64,000 nucleotides of DNA from a virus (IMGVR_UViG_3300044557_000185:44379-108378); one strand, 5' to 3'. Shown: positions 41,527 through 50,600, numbered from the stretch's first letter. Notes: generated from the sequence alone by a model not told the origin. Made by a program: numbers and translations.

Positions 41527-41877
41527 TCATGATTTGTGCTCACGCATCTCTACTATTGCTTTGATTGCAGCATTCAGAATGTCTAATGTCGGAATTTCGA
41601 ACATCACTTCTTCGCCTGGCGAAGCGAAAAAGTCAGCAATAGCATCTGCCCCAGCATTAGCTTCAGCATCAGTGAGCGTCAATGCATCATGACGTATGCG
41701 CTTGTAATGCTCTGCAAGTGATTCAATGATGTTGGACGAATGCTGGTCATGGAGTTCCTTTACCTGTTCGCGATAGCAATCTGGTTCTTTGTTTTTAGTG
41801 AGGACGAATGGATCTCCATCAATGAAGAACAATGTATCTTCATGTTCCAGCATTTCATTGGTTGTAAGTTCACTCAT
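41527..41877 (-). CDS. hypothetical protein
   Basis: 116-aa ORF. Confidence 0.6.
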   Translation of the reverse strand: MSELTTNEMLEHEDTLFFIDGDPFVLTKNKEPDCYREQVKELHDQHSSNIIESLAEHYKRIRHDALTLTDAEANAGADAIADFFASPGEEVMFEIPTLDILNAAIKAIVEMREHKS

Positions 41878-42091
41878 AATTCACGCTCGCTATTGTTGTG
41901 TAGCCAAAATGCAATGAGAATATTCTTCATGTCTACTTTTTCGATTCATCCAGCTAATCAGAACTATTGCGGCTAGGATAGCCACCATAACGACAACATC
42001 TTGCCAATTCATAGAATGCCTTTCTCTATACATGTCAGCGATACGTCTTCAGATTCTGCTATGTCTTTTGTTGTCAGCTGCATATTCACTA

Positions 42092-42580
42092 TTATTCGAT
42101 TTCGTATGGATTTGGAGATATGTCAATGTTGCCTAGCAGCCTGTCGTATTCACCAGCAGAATGACCTTCACGCCATGCCTTGCTAGCTATATCACGATCA
42201 TGATCAACAAGTCTTGGCGCTTTAACAAAATCGCTCATAAATGAATCGAGAAGACTCCGTGACTTGTCCAACTCATCCTGTGTCAATGGTCCACGTGTAA
42301 TTGAATATCTACTTGCAATGTCTTGTGCAGTCTCATCACGAATACGCTCGTCATGCTCGGCAAGGGATTCAATGGTATAAGCAATATCAGATGGAAGCCA
42401 CTCGAAGAGGATGCCCTCCCAGTTATACATCCATGTGCTTCCGACCATCATCCAATGGAATTCCTTATCCAAGTCATCTGTACAACGTACAACTACAGTC
42501 GGCAGAACGGTTTCGCCTGCAATAAGATAGAGTCCCGGCTCTTTCGGTTCCGGCATGTTCTGGGTCATCAGCTCACTCAT
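42092..42580 (-). CDS. hypothetical protein
   Basis: 162-aa ORF, GGAG RBS. Confidence 0.65.
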   Translation of the reverse strand: MSELMTQNMPEPKEPGLYLIAGETVLPTVVVRCTDDLDKEFHWMMVGSTWMYNWEGILFEWLPSDIAYTIESLAEHDERIRDETAQDIASRYSITRGPLTQDELDKSRSLLDSFMSDFVKAPRLVDHDRDIASKAWREGHSAGEYDRLLGNIDISPNPYEIE

Positions 42581-42610
42581 GATTCACGCTCCCGGCTCTC
42601 AGCGAGGGCT

Positions 42611-42991
42611 TTAATGGCGATGCCCATTGCAAAACTCCAATACTTCGGCTGCCTGTTTAGCTAGTTTTTTTGTTTCTGCAATCACCATATCGAGTGTCCA
42701 ATGAACACCATGTATAAATATCTCTCCGGTTCTCGGATTGATAAGCTCATCGTCAGCATGGTTTGTGTCGAAACCGATCCAATTCTCTGCGTCTGGAGGA
42801 TAGGTTATGCCTCCATGCACATCGATAGACTCGTTGTCTTCAAGGTCTGATGACAGCCATGGGTGATCTTCTGGTAGTTTGACGTATCCGTTAATACTTT
42901 TCGTCGGCCCCTCGTATACCGTCCAGTCGATGCCCTGTTCTGTACCAGATGCGAGCGGCTTACGTTTCCCAAAACTACTTATTCGATTCAT
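42611..42991 (-). CDS. conserved phage hypothetical protein
   Basis: NGYV.LP.DHPW, VHGGITY, WIGFDTNH. Confidence 0.75.
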   Translation of the reverse strand: MNRISSFGKRKPLASGTEQGIDWTVYEGPTKSINGYVKLPEDHPWLSSDLEDNESIDVHGGITYPPDAENWIGFDTNHADDELINPRTGEIFIHGVHWTLDMVIAETKKLAKQAAEVLEFCNGHRH

Positions 42992-43260
42992 TTTATCGTC
43001 TCCTTGATACCCAATGCCTCGGCAATGTCAGACTTGACATCTTTGACCATCCATCCTATTTCTGTGTACTCATAGTCGTAAAGACTGCTGTTAGTCGTAT
43101 CCACAGCATCCAGTGCGATGAGATTGCTTATTCGTAGCTGCTCAGCGATGGCGATAAGAGCGATAGTCTTCGCATTCTCACGTTCAAAGTTGCTTGCATC
43201 ACTACTTTGAACATTGAATGACGCGGTAAGGTGCCTCTTTGCCTCTTCGATGTAGTTCAT
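42988..43260 (-). CDS. hypothetical protein
   Basis: ALIAIAEQLRISNLI motif. Confidence 0.65.
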   Translation of the reverse strand: MNYIEEAKRHLTASFNVQSSDASNFERENAKTIALIAIAEQLRISNLIALDAVDTTNSSLYDYEYTEIGWMVKDVKSDIAEALGIKETIK

Positions 43261-43925
43261 GATTCCTCTTTCAGGTCAACGTTCTCGATTCGAGCACGCT
43301 CAGCGAGAATCGACTCATACGCCTCCATGACACATAACTGGGCGCTCAGCAGGTCGAACGAACATGTAGGCTCGAAATCAAGCTGTCCTATCGTACAGTC
43401 GCGCAACATCGACCGCAGTTTTGATGTGCGGTCTTTCAACTCAAAATATTCGGTTACCATACGGTCTTTGTAATCACTCATGGTCGGGCTCCCAGTTGAT
43501 GCGCTCTTCGGGCGAAGCGCATACGCGAACTCAAAATCTGAAAGCCACATTTCGGAATCGCCAAGCTCGGAGGCGGTAACCTTCAGTTTGAAAGTGTCTG
43601 AAGCGCTTTCATTTCTAACTACCTTGTACCGGTTGCCGCTCTTTGCGACCTCGATATCACCCGGCTTCACTTTTTTGATATCAGTGATACGCTCCATGCC
43701 GTCGACGGTCTGAGGAGCTTCGCGCTCGAAATGATCGAATTTTCCTCTGTCGTGCCATCTGATATCGTTGCAGCCCTTCGCAATGCTATAGCGAAAGTAA
43801 CTATACAGATGATCGATCCCGTTAACCACGCCGATGAACTCCGGTTCTTCGCCCACGATCTCGTAGTATTTGTCTCCGATTTGACCGGCCATGTAATCGG
43901 TGATGATCATGTTGCTCATAGTCAT
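43257..43925 (-). CDS. hypothetical protein with C-terminal crAss001_48-like domain
   Basis: MSDYKDRMVTEYFEL...LLSAQLCVMEAYESILAERA. Confidence 0.65.
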   Translation of the reverse strand: MTMSNMIITDYMAGQIGDKYYEIVGEEPEFIGVVNGIDHLYSYFRYSIAKGCNDIRWHDRGKFDHFEREAPQTVDGMERITDIKKVKPGDIEVAKSGNRYKVVRNESASDTFKLKVTASELGDSEMWLSDFEFAYALRPKSASTGSPTMSDYKDRMVTEYFELKDRTSKLRSMLRDCTIGQLDFEPTCSFDLLSAQLCVMEAYESILAERARIENVDLKEES

Positions 43926-43959
43926 TCCTTTCGATAGATTTGTTTTTGTTTATAGTTAT

Positions 43960-43988
43960 ATTATATAACACTATTAAAGGAAAGTAAA
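43960..43988 (-). promoter_or_regulatory. conserved phage promoter
   Basis: TTTACT-N17-TATAAT-ATAACTAT. Confidence 0.8.
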
Positions 43989-44008
43989 ATTGAGATTAAG
44001 CAAAGCTA

Positions 44009-44329
44009 TCATACTTTTACATTGTCATTGTATTGCTTTTCAGATATCTTTATGAATGAATATCCAGACATAAGCAAGTCAAGAATAGACTTGTATTGCA
44101 TTCCGCCTACTCCATACTTGTCATTGTAATATAGCAATGCTGGAACAGGCATGATGACTCGTGAAACATCTGAATAGTATGCTATCTTGCCATAATAGCC
44201 ATTGCCATCAATATACGTATTGCGAGTAACATAGACGAAGTCATCAATAGCAGGCTTTGACGTAATGTTTGCATCGCTTTTCACATATTCAAAAGCGTAT
44301 AAGATAGAGTATTCTTGATCGTTTGCCAT
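44009..44329 (-). CDS. hypothetical protein
   Basis: 106-aa ORF. Confidence 0.6.
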   Translation of the reverse strand: MANDQEYSILYAFEYVKSDANITSKPAIDDFVYVTRNTYIDGNGYYGKIAYYSDVSRVIMPVPALLYYNDKYGVGGMQYKSILDLLMSGYSFIKISEKQYNDNVKV

Positions 44330-44343
44330 GATATCGTATCTTT

Positions 44344-44595
44344 CTAGTATTTGAAGCCTTCAATAGAAGCATATCTCTTGAAACTGTCTATAGCGTCTTC
44401 TCTTGTAGAATAGCCAACTCTTTTCTTGCCTATTCGTATGATTGTACCAACGAATACGAAAACAAAGTACCTGTATGCATAAACGATTTCGTCTTTGTCA
44501 AAATCAATGCTAATAGGAACTTTATCTTTCTTTATGTATCCATAAAGATTATTGTATTCTATTGATTCGAAACTTTCGTGTTTATCTGTAATCAA
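44344..44595 (-). CDS. hypothetical protein
   Basis: 83-aa ORF. Confidence 0.5.
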   Translation of the reverse strand: MITDKHESFESIEYNNLYGYIKKDKVPISIDFDKDEIVYAYRYFVFVFVGTIIRIGKKRVGYSTREDAIDSFKRYASIEGFKY

Positions 44596-44597
44596 AG

Positions 44598-44888
44598 CTA
44601 TTTCCTACTTTGCTTTCTGTATAGCACGTCATTAGCTTCATCTGCATACCCAATTGCGAACATCACTACTAGACAATGATGCTCTACCCAAGTCTTGCAG
44701 AACTTGATCTTGAATGGCTGACCATTGAAATGACTGCTGATGTTAGTGTAGTCATGTTGAACAGATGCTTGAATAAGCGGCTTGACTTTGCTGAAGTCTT
44801 CTTTGATGTCTGAAGATGTGCTTGCATCGAAGTAGATTCTCTTTGCTATGTCGCTTCGCAGCCTTTTTCGTCCAGAACTGATCTTCAA
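44598..44888 (-). CDS. hypothetical protein
   Basis: 96-aa ORF. Confidence 0.55.
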   Translation of the reverse strand: MKISSGRKRLRSDIAKRIYFDASTSSDIKEDFSKVKPLIQASVQHDYTNISSHFNGQPFKIKFCKTWVEHHCLVVMFAIGYADEANDVLYRKQSRK

Positions 44889-45361
44889 ATCTTATTCTCT
44901 TTCTTCTTGATGTCATATTTCTTAGACAAAGCTTCTAGCACTTTTGCAGCATCATCTGGACTGATGCCAATGCTGATTATGTCTCGAATGATTTCAAGAG
45001 CGTCTTCTTGCTCTTTAGACAGATACGATTTCGAAGCAAGTCTCTTAGCTTTCCTGTCGTCTTCTTTGACATCGTCAGACCATTCTTCTTCAGGTAGATC
45101 GAAGCTAAGATTTGCATTGATATGCACATTGTTAGACGTATCAGCATATACTGCTTTCCAATAGCTCTTGTCTACAAATACGCATGAATACACATCAAGC
45201 CCAAGATTGACTAGCTCTTGATTTATGTCATTAAGCGCTTTGTCATCTTTTTTGTCTTTAAAATACACTCTAAACGAAATATTCGGATTAGTGTCAGTTT
45301 CTGATATGTAATTGAGCATACTCGTAATTGCAAGCAATGCTTTCTTGTATTTCATTGTCAT
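44885..45361 (-). CDS. hypothetical protein
   Basis: AAGGA RBS; promoter upstream. Confidence 0.65.
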   Translation of the reverse strand: MTMKYKKALLAITSMLNYISETDTNPNISFRVYFKDKKDDKALNDINQELVNLGLDVYSCVFVDKSYWKAVYADTSNNVHINANLSFDLPEEEWSDDVKEDDRKAKRLASKSYLSKEQEDALEIIRDIISIGISPDDAAKVLEALSKKYDIKKKENKI

Positions 45362-45392
45362 TCCTTTGTCTTGTTTTTTATTTTGTAATTAT

Positions 45393-45421
45393 ATTATATA
45401 ACACTTTTTAAAGAAAGTAAA
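45393..45421 (-). promoter_or_regulatory. conserved phage promoter immediately after the TerL N-half stop
   Basis: TTTACT-N17-TATAAT. Confidence 0.8.
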
Positions 45422-45428
45422 ATCTATG

Positions 45429-47036
45429 TCATTCTACATAGACATAGTCTCCTTCAACAGCATTAGTATCGGCGACTATTTCAGTCTTATGGCCATTGTC
45501 ATCTATGACAAGCTTCTTTGCTTTGAAGCCAGAATAGTATGTCGGAACATATGCTTGACTGTCGAAGTCTTCATAAAGATTCCAAGACTCTAACTGAGCT
45601 ACGAATATAGTGGGATCTGTTATGATAGCTTTCTTCGTATGCTCAATGTCTTTGTCTAGAGCATCTTTCTCTTTCCTTGAGAGGCCGTATTTCTCAGTAT
45701 ACTCCTTGACATGCTCTCTACCTTGCAAGTACTTGTCATACACTACTCCATTTCTAGTCCATGGAGAAGATGGGAAAAGCATCAGCTTGTATTTGCCGAA
45801 CTGCTGCAAAGCTGGCTGCATTGCTTTCACACCTCTGTCGCCAGATCTTGATGACTGCCCAGAGTTAGCGAAGAATATCTCGTCATAAGCAAGCGAAACA
45901 CAGTTGTGAGATCTAATGTTGTTAGCAAGATATGTATGCGAAGAAGTAGTCATGTCTATCAGATCTTGCTCTCCTACATGTTCGACTTCCAGCACAGTCT
46001 TAGTGCTGTCAGCTGTACGAACTATGTCGCCTTTAGACAAAGCTCCTGCTTCTTTCCAAGACCAGTCGTTCATCTGAACTTTATGGTCTATAGAGCAGAC
46101 TAATGGCATATTGACATTCTTAGAGACATGCAGTCTTACGCATTCCTTCTTTGTCTTCCACATGTTCAGAACTACAGCTTCTGTCAATGAATACGGTTCA
46201 TGCTCATGAAAAGCAAGTATCCTGCTTCCAGGATGAATAGTGCGAAGCTGAACCCAATGTCTTTGATAGTCAAGCACATACGAATCTGGAGATACGCAAG
46301 CTCTACCACGTATAGAATCTGAATCTGATGACACAGGCCTTGCTACAAATGATGAGATTGGCTTCTCAAGCGGCATTCCCTGACTTACTAGATCGATAGA
46401 TTGCATTCTGTCATCGAACGTCTGGAATCTTATCTCGAATGGAGTAGCTCTTTCAATGTATTGCTTGAGCCATTTGCAATGCATTACTGAGTTATAGTGA
46501 GCTGCAAACGTAGTCTCTTTAGCTTGGCCTTGCGTCTTAGCCATTACGAACGAATATGTGGAGTCGTCTTTGTCTTCATCTTCGCCAGCATCGTCTACAG
46601 TAACAGATGGTATTCCATCCCACATCAGGGTAGCATCTTGAAGGCATAGCTGAGCACCAGACATCATAGTCTTGGATGCTCGTCTTCCAAGAATAGGAAT
46701 GATCGTATTGAACCACAAATAGCCATTCTTCTTCAAGATAGCTACTCTTTCATATATGTCCTCATTGACACCTATCGTATACTGATCGTTTGAGAAAGAA
46801 GCTCTCCATGAGTCTAACGTCTTCTTCTCGTAATCAGACAGGTCATCTAATTGCAGATTCCATAGCTTAAGCATCAGTCTCTGTCTTGGATACAGCTTCA
46901 TATTGCAGAACTTGTCTGATTCGAAGAACTCCATAGGGTCGTCATTCCATGGAGAAGTGCTTCTCTTGAATGAGTTAGCTATTATAGAATCTGGTGTGAC
47001 AGCATTCAGTAAAGAATCAAGCATCTTGCTTTTCAT
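45429..47036 (-). CDS. terL: terminase large subunit, N-terminal ATPase half, intein-containing
   Basis: LYPRQ adenine-binding motif, GRRASKT Walker A, YDE Walker B, FPSSP coupling motif. Confidence 0.9.
   Translation of the reverse strand: MKSKMLDSLLNAVTPDSIIANSFKRSTSPWNDDPMEFFESDKFCNMKLYPRQRLMLKLWNLQLDDLSDYEKKTLDSWRASFSNDQYTIGVNEDIYERVAILKKNGYLWFNTIIPILGRRASKTMMSGAQLCLQDATLMWDGIPSVTVDDAGEDEDKDDSTYSFVMAKTQGQAKETTFAAHYNSVMHCKWLKQYIERATPFEIRFQTFDDRMQSIDLVSQGMPLEKPISSFVARPVSSDSDSIRGRACVSPDSYVLDYQRHWVQLRTIHPGSRILAFHEHEPYSLTEAVVLNMWKTKKECVRLHVSKNVNMPLVCSIDHKVQMNDWSWKEAGALSKGDIVRTADSTKTVLEVEHVGEQDLIDMTTSSHTYLANNIRSHNCVSLAYDEIFFANSGQSSRSGDRGVKAMQPALQQFGKYKLMLFPSSPWTRNGVVYDKYLQGREHVKEYTEKYGLSRKEKDALDKDIEHTKKAIITDPTIFVAQLESWNLYEDFDSQAYVPTYYSGFKAKKLVIDDNGHKTEIVADTNAVEGDYVYVE
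45903..46298 (-). other. cis mini-intein (132 aa, no endonuclease) in TerL
   Basis: RGRA|CVSPDSYV...CSIDHKV...HTYLANNIRSHN|C. Confidence 0.9.
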
Positions 47037-47245
47037 AGATTCGTATTTCTTTCTAAACGTGAAAGCCTAGCAATAAGAATGTCATTCTGCAACTTGTATG
47101 CTTGCAATTGCTCATATGCAACTGCTAAATCAGAAGTAAGATTGGCACATGCCTCTATAGCATCTCTTTTCAGAACGAATGGGCCATACGAATCGAAGCA
47201 CTGGAATTTCGGAGTAAGCTTCATGTCGCCAATCTCTACAAGCAC
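47033..47245 (-). CDS. hypothetical protein
   Basis: 70-aa coupled ORF. Confidence 0.55.
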   Translation of the reverse strand: MLVEIGDMKLTPKFQCFDSYGPFVLKRDAIEACANLTSDLAVAYEQLQAYKLQNDILIARLSRLERNTNL

Positions 47246-47637
47246 TACTTAATCACTTCTTTTATTAGATCGATCAGCCATTGCTTTGGCATCCTGCTAG
47301 TAGAGACTGTTCCATCAATCTCATCAAGCAGATCGCCATTGCTATCTTTCAGATCAAGCCTTTTAGCTTTTATGCTCATAATCTCTGGTGTAGATATGAG
47401 AGTGTCTCCTGCTTGAAGTATTCTGACATCTTCACTCATGTCTTTCGCAAATGGCGAATCGAATGAATACGAGCCATTGTCGTAGTCTAGCTTCCATAGC
47501 TCTCCAGGTTGTGGAATTCTGATGACGCTAGTATTGACAGCCATGAATGCTGTAACATAACCGCTAGCTACATTGACAGATCCAGACATGAGCTTAGTGT
47601 CAAACGACACTACTACTCCCCAAGACTTATTCATATA
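47245..47637 (-). CDS. putative baseplate spike (OB-fold) protein
   Basis: WGVVVSFD...RIPQPGELW OB-fold pattern plus short beta repeats; likely start MNKSWG. Confidence 0.5.
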   Translation of the reverse strand, partial: YMNKSWGVVVSFDTKLMSGSVNVASGYVTAFMAVNTSVIRIPQPGELWKLDYDNGSYSFDSPFAKDMSEDVRILQAGDTLISTPEIMSIKAKRLDLKDSNGDLLDEIDGTVSTSRMPKQWLIDLIKEVIK

Positions 47638-47848
47638 ACATAGCCTTTCTGCTCTTGAAGTCAGCATAAGCATCTTTCAGCACACAAGAGAATGCTAATA
47701 CGTCTTCAGGATATGAGAATCGCATGTCATTGACTTCGCCATTAGAATCTGCTACTACAAGGACATCGTTCCCATTGCTGTCTTCTTCAAAATGATAAGA
47801 AAGAAGCGATGGCTTGCTTTCGTCTTCAAATACTATCTCTGTGCTCAT
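47627..47848 (-). CDS. hypothetical protein
   Basis: 73-aa ORF. Confidence 0.55.
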   Translation of the reverse strand: MSTEIVFEDESKPSLLSYHFEEDSNGNDVLVVADSNGEVNDMRFSYPEDVLAFSCVLKDAYADFKSRKAMLYE

Positions 47849-48306
47849 TTTCTGATGCCAAACTTATGAGAGTCTGTCATAGTCCTATACTCTGCTCCAG
47901 CAACAGGATCTACATACAGCAGAATGGCCAGATACTTGTAGATAGTTATTGCTGACACATTGAACGCTTTGCTAGCATCTGCAACAGTATGCCCTTCTTT
48001 CACAAATTCTGCGATTTCTGAAATCTTGTCAAGAAGCTCTTGCATGTCTTCTTTATGGTACTTACCGCCAATGCTCTTCATATTGTCTTCGAAGACATCG
48101 CTAGCAGATAGATCATGCTTGAAAAGATATGCTTTTATGAAGCGTCTTACATTGTATGGTGACTTGCCATACTGATTAGATGCGTCTTTGAAGCTCTTTC
48201 CATCATTGACATCTTTGATTACAGACTCTACCATCTCATCAATCTGAGATGCTTTAGCGTCTAGCACTTTCTTATTGAACTGAAGTCTACTTTTCAAATC
48301 TTGCAT
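47845..48306 (-). CDS. tandem helix-turn-helix protein
   Basis: GKSFKDASNQYGKSPYNVRR and GHTVADASKAFNVSAITIYKY. Confidence 0.65.
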   Translation of the reverse strand: MQDLKSRLQFNKKVLDAKASQIDEMVESVIKDVNDGKSFKDASNQYGKSPYNVRRFIKAYLFKHDLSASDVFEDNMKSIGGKYHKEDMQELLDKISEIAEFVKEGHTVADASKAFNVSAITIYKYLAILLYVDPVAGAEYRTMTDSHKFGIRK

Positions 48307-48832
48307 AATTGCTATCCAATTCTCTTAAATGCTTTGCAGCTAGCTCTACATCCTGCTTGTACATAGACATGACTATATCTGACTTGTTGCCAAGATTGAA
48401 CTCTTGCTTGCAGAACAGGACTACATCTAAACAATCGGCTGCTTTCACTAAATGCCACACTCTGCCATACTTGGATACTGAATAGTCGAACTTTTCTAGC
48501 TTGCTATTCAGTATCTTTTGCTCAGAATTATCATACGCTTCAGAAAAATGCGGATTGTCTACATGAGTATTGAATGGGATGTCAGCAAGCCATATCTCTG
48601 GCAAGTCATGCGTCAAAGCACGTTTCAAAGCATTCAATTGCTCGAATTCTGGAACGTCATAGACTTTGAATAGCAATAGCAGCAACTGAGCTACAGATCC
48701 ATGATGCTCATAGAGATTCTGCCTATGCAAAGTAGGCTTTCCATTGTATCTGATTACATATGCTTGTCCGCTAATCTCATTAGCAGAATCGATTACTGAA
48801 TCTACGATATCTTCGTCAGTCTGCATCAGCAA
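48287..48832 (-). CDS. HD-domain 5'-deoxynucleotidase (YfbR/DatZ-like)
   Basis: IRYN...QNLYEHH, LTHDLPE...DIP, VKAADCLD. Confidence 0.85.
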   Translation of the reverse strand: MLMQTDEDIVDSVIDSANEISGQAYVIRYNGKPTLHRQNLYEHHGSVAQLLLLLFKVYDVPEFEQLNALKRALTHDLPEIWLADIPFNTHVDNPHFSEAYDNSEQKILNSKLEKFDYSVSKYGRVWHLVKAADCLDVVLFCKQEFNLGNKSDIVMSMYKQDVELAAKHLRELDSNYARFEK

Positions 48833-49320
48833 GCCCCGATTCTTTCTGGTTCCTTACCATCTTTAAGATAAGAAGTAAGAGCTTCACTTGAAAGGAAGAT
48901 ATGCTTCATAGATTGTGCAAGCATTAGATTGAATGGCACACCTTCTGGAAGCAATGGTGCAAAACCAAATGTTGGAATTCCTAAAGCAGAACCATAGCCG
49001 CATTCCCAGATAGTGCCAGAATCAAGTCCTTCTGTAGAAGCAATAAGGACATCTGAACTTCGCATAGCAGAAAGATTTGCATCGAAATTAGCTTGTCGTT
49101 CAGCTTCTGTTGGATTCTTTCCAATCTGTGGAGAATCAAAACGCGGGTCAAAAAGCTCAAGTTCATCAAAAGAATGAAGAACATCCTCAAGCATATTCAA
49201 AGCTTTCATCTTATTTGGCGAAAACCATCCGGCGCACAAATAGGCCTTTATATTGCCTTCTGGCTTATCAATAGCTTGCCTGAATTCCTCTGAAACCTTC
49301 ATATTACTCTCCATATTCAT
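48826..49320 (-). CDS. nucleoside 2'-deoxyribosyltransferase / nucleotide N-glycosidase (DNPH1/MilB-like)
   Basis: AYLCAGWF, FDPR, DSGTIWECGY, FNLML. Confidence 0.85.
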   Translation of the reverse strand: MNMESNMKVSEEFRQAIDKPEGNIKAYLCAGWFSPNKMKALNMLEDVLHSFDELELFDPRFDSPQIGKNPTEAERQANFDANLSAMRSSDVLIASTEGLDSGTIWECGYGSALGIPTFGFAPLLPEGVPFNLMLAQSMKHIFLSSEALTSYLKDGKEPERIGAC

Positions 49321-49347
49321 AATAAAACTATTTAATATAATTATATA

Positions 49348-49896
49348 TTACTTATGCTGCTTTGTAAAACTAGATACATACCACGAACTAGTAGCTGAAA
49401 ACTGGTTCTGATAGTGTGACTTGCTAGTACTTCCATACGGTTCAGAGCTAGCTTCATCCATAGAGTAGAAGCATATTTGTCCTATCTTCATTCCGCAAGT
49501 AAGAAGTATAGGATACGATGCTTCATTCTTTATCTCAAGAGTGATGTTGCCTTCAAAACCTGGATCAATGAAGCCAGCAGTTATATGAGTAGCTAATCCA
49601 ATGCGACCAAGAGAAGATTTGCCCTCAAATCTTGCTCCGATGTTATTGGGAATTCTTACTTTCTCAATAGTAGAAGACAAGATGAATTCATTAGGCATAA
49701 GCTTGTACTGATGCGCTACTAGCTTAGTAGAATAGCATTTCCTTGTAAGACTCGTATCTCCAGGACATAGTATTTCTGCATCTGTAACAATGAATACGTT
49801 GCTTAATGTCAAATCATATGACGCTGCTTGCAAATTGTCTTCATTGAATGGCTCAATAGCATTGATTCTTTTGATAGAAGTATCTGACAGAAGCAA
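49348..49896 (-). CDS. dcd: dCTP deaminase
   Basis: QAASYDLTL, EGKSSLGRIGL.THITAGFIDPGFEG.ITLE, HYQNQ. Confidence 0.95.
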   Translation of the reverse strand: MLLSDTSIKRINAIEPFNEDNLQAASYDLTLSNVFIVTDAEILCPGDTSLTRKCYSTKLVAHQYKLMPNEFILSSTIEKVRIPNNIGARFEGKSSLGRIGLATHITAGFIDPGFEGNITLEIKNEASYPILLTCGMKIGQICFYSMDEASSEPYGSTSKSHYQNQFSATSSWYVSSFTKQHK

Positions 49897-49899
49897 GAC

Positions 49900-50532
49900 T
49901 TAATCCTTAAGCTCTCGAACCTGGAAACGCTTAGATCCGTACTTGATTGTTCTGTAATTAGCAATGTCTGGATCAGATTCTACAGCATTATCAAAAAGCT
50001 GCTCATTCACATAGACTTGATTGTTGGCATTGTCCTCAATAATCTTCTTATTGACTTCTTGAAGCTCTGCCTTCAATCTGCTAGCTTCATCATCAAGCTT
50101 TTTGCGATCTGCTTTAAGCATTGGCTTGCCATTCTTGAATGTGACTTTTCTGTATACATCTGGATGATCTTTCTTAAGAGCATCTAGATCGTATTCTCTA
50201 GCTTTTTCTTTGCCACCTTCAACTGAGAATTTCAGACTGTATTCATCAGATTCAAAAGTGCCAACTTGAATAGCGATATTCTTGATTTTGTCCAATGCTG
50301 CATTGAAATATGCTGCAAGCTTAGATGCATGAACATACGCATCAGAGTATGTCTTTACAGAAGCATCGCTTCTATCAGCTTTAGCTACAGCTTTTTCGAA
50401 TCTTTCTAGATTGTCATTGTATTCTGAAACTTCTTGAAGAACATCTTCTTTAGAAGCTTCTGATACCCAAGCTTTCATACTGCTGCTAGAAACCTCTGCA
50501 AATGGATGCCTTGGTACGATAGCTGTTTTCAT
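49900..50532 (-). CDS. hypothetical coiled-coil protein
   Basis: Likely start MKTAIV after AAGGA. Confidence 0.7.
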   Translation of the reverse strand: MKTAIVPRHPFAEVSSSSMKAWVSEASKEDVLQEVSEYNDNLERFEKAVAKADRSDASVKTYSDAYVHASKLAAYFNAALDKIKNIAIQVGTFESDEYSLKFSVEGGKEKAREYDLDALKKDHPDVYRKVTFKNGKPMLKADRKKLDDEASRLKAELQEVNKKIIEDNANNQVYVNEQLFDNAVESDPDIANYRTIKYGSKRFQVRELKD

Positions 50533-50571
50533 TGCTTTTCCTTTCATTGATTGATTTATCTTTATATTTAT

Positions 50572-50600
50572 ATTATATACCATTTGCTTAAGATTGTAAA
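50572..50600 (-). promoter_or_regulatory. conserved phage promoter
   Basis: TTTACA-N17-TATAAT. Confidence 0.8.

Noticed and set aside
28400-45520. Functional trans-splicing split intein joining the TerL halves
   Set aside because: No Cys1 at the start of the Hint-like segment, no block-B His and no terminal (H)N followed by C/S/T; kept only as a remnant hypothesis.
48287-48832. DatZ of a 2-aminoadenine (Z) genome
   Set aside because: No purZ in the window, and neighbouring genes point to cytosine metabolism.
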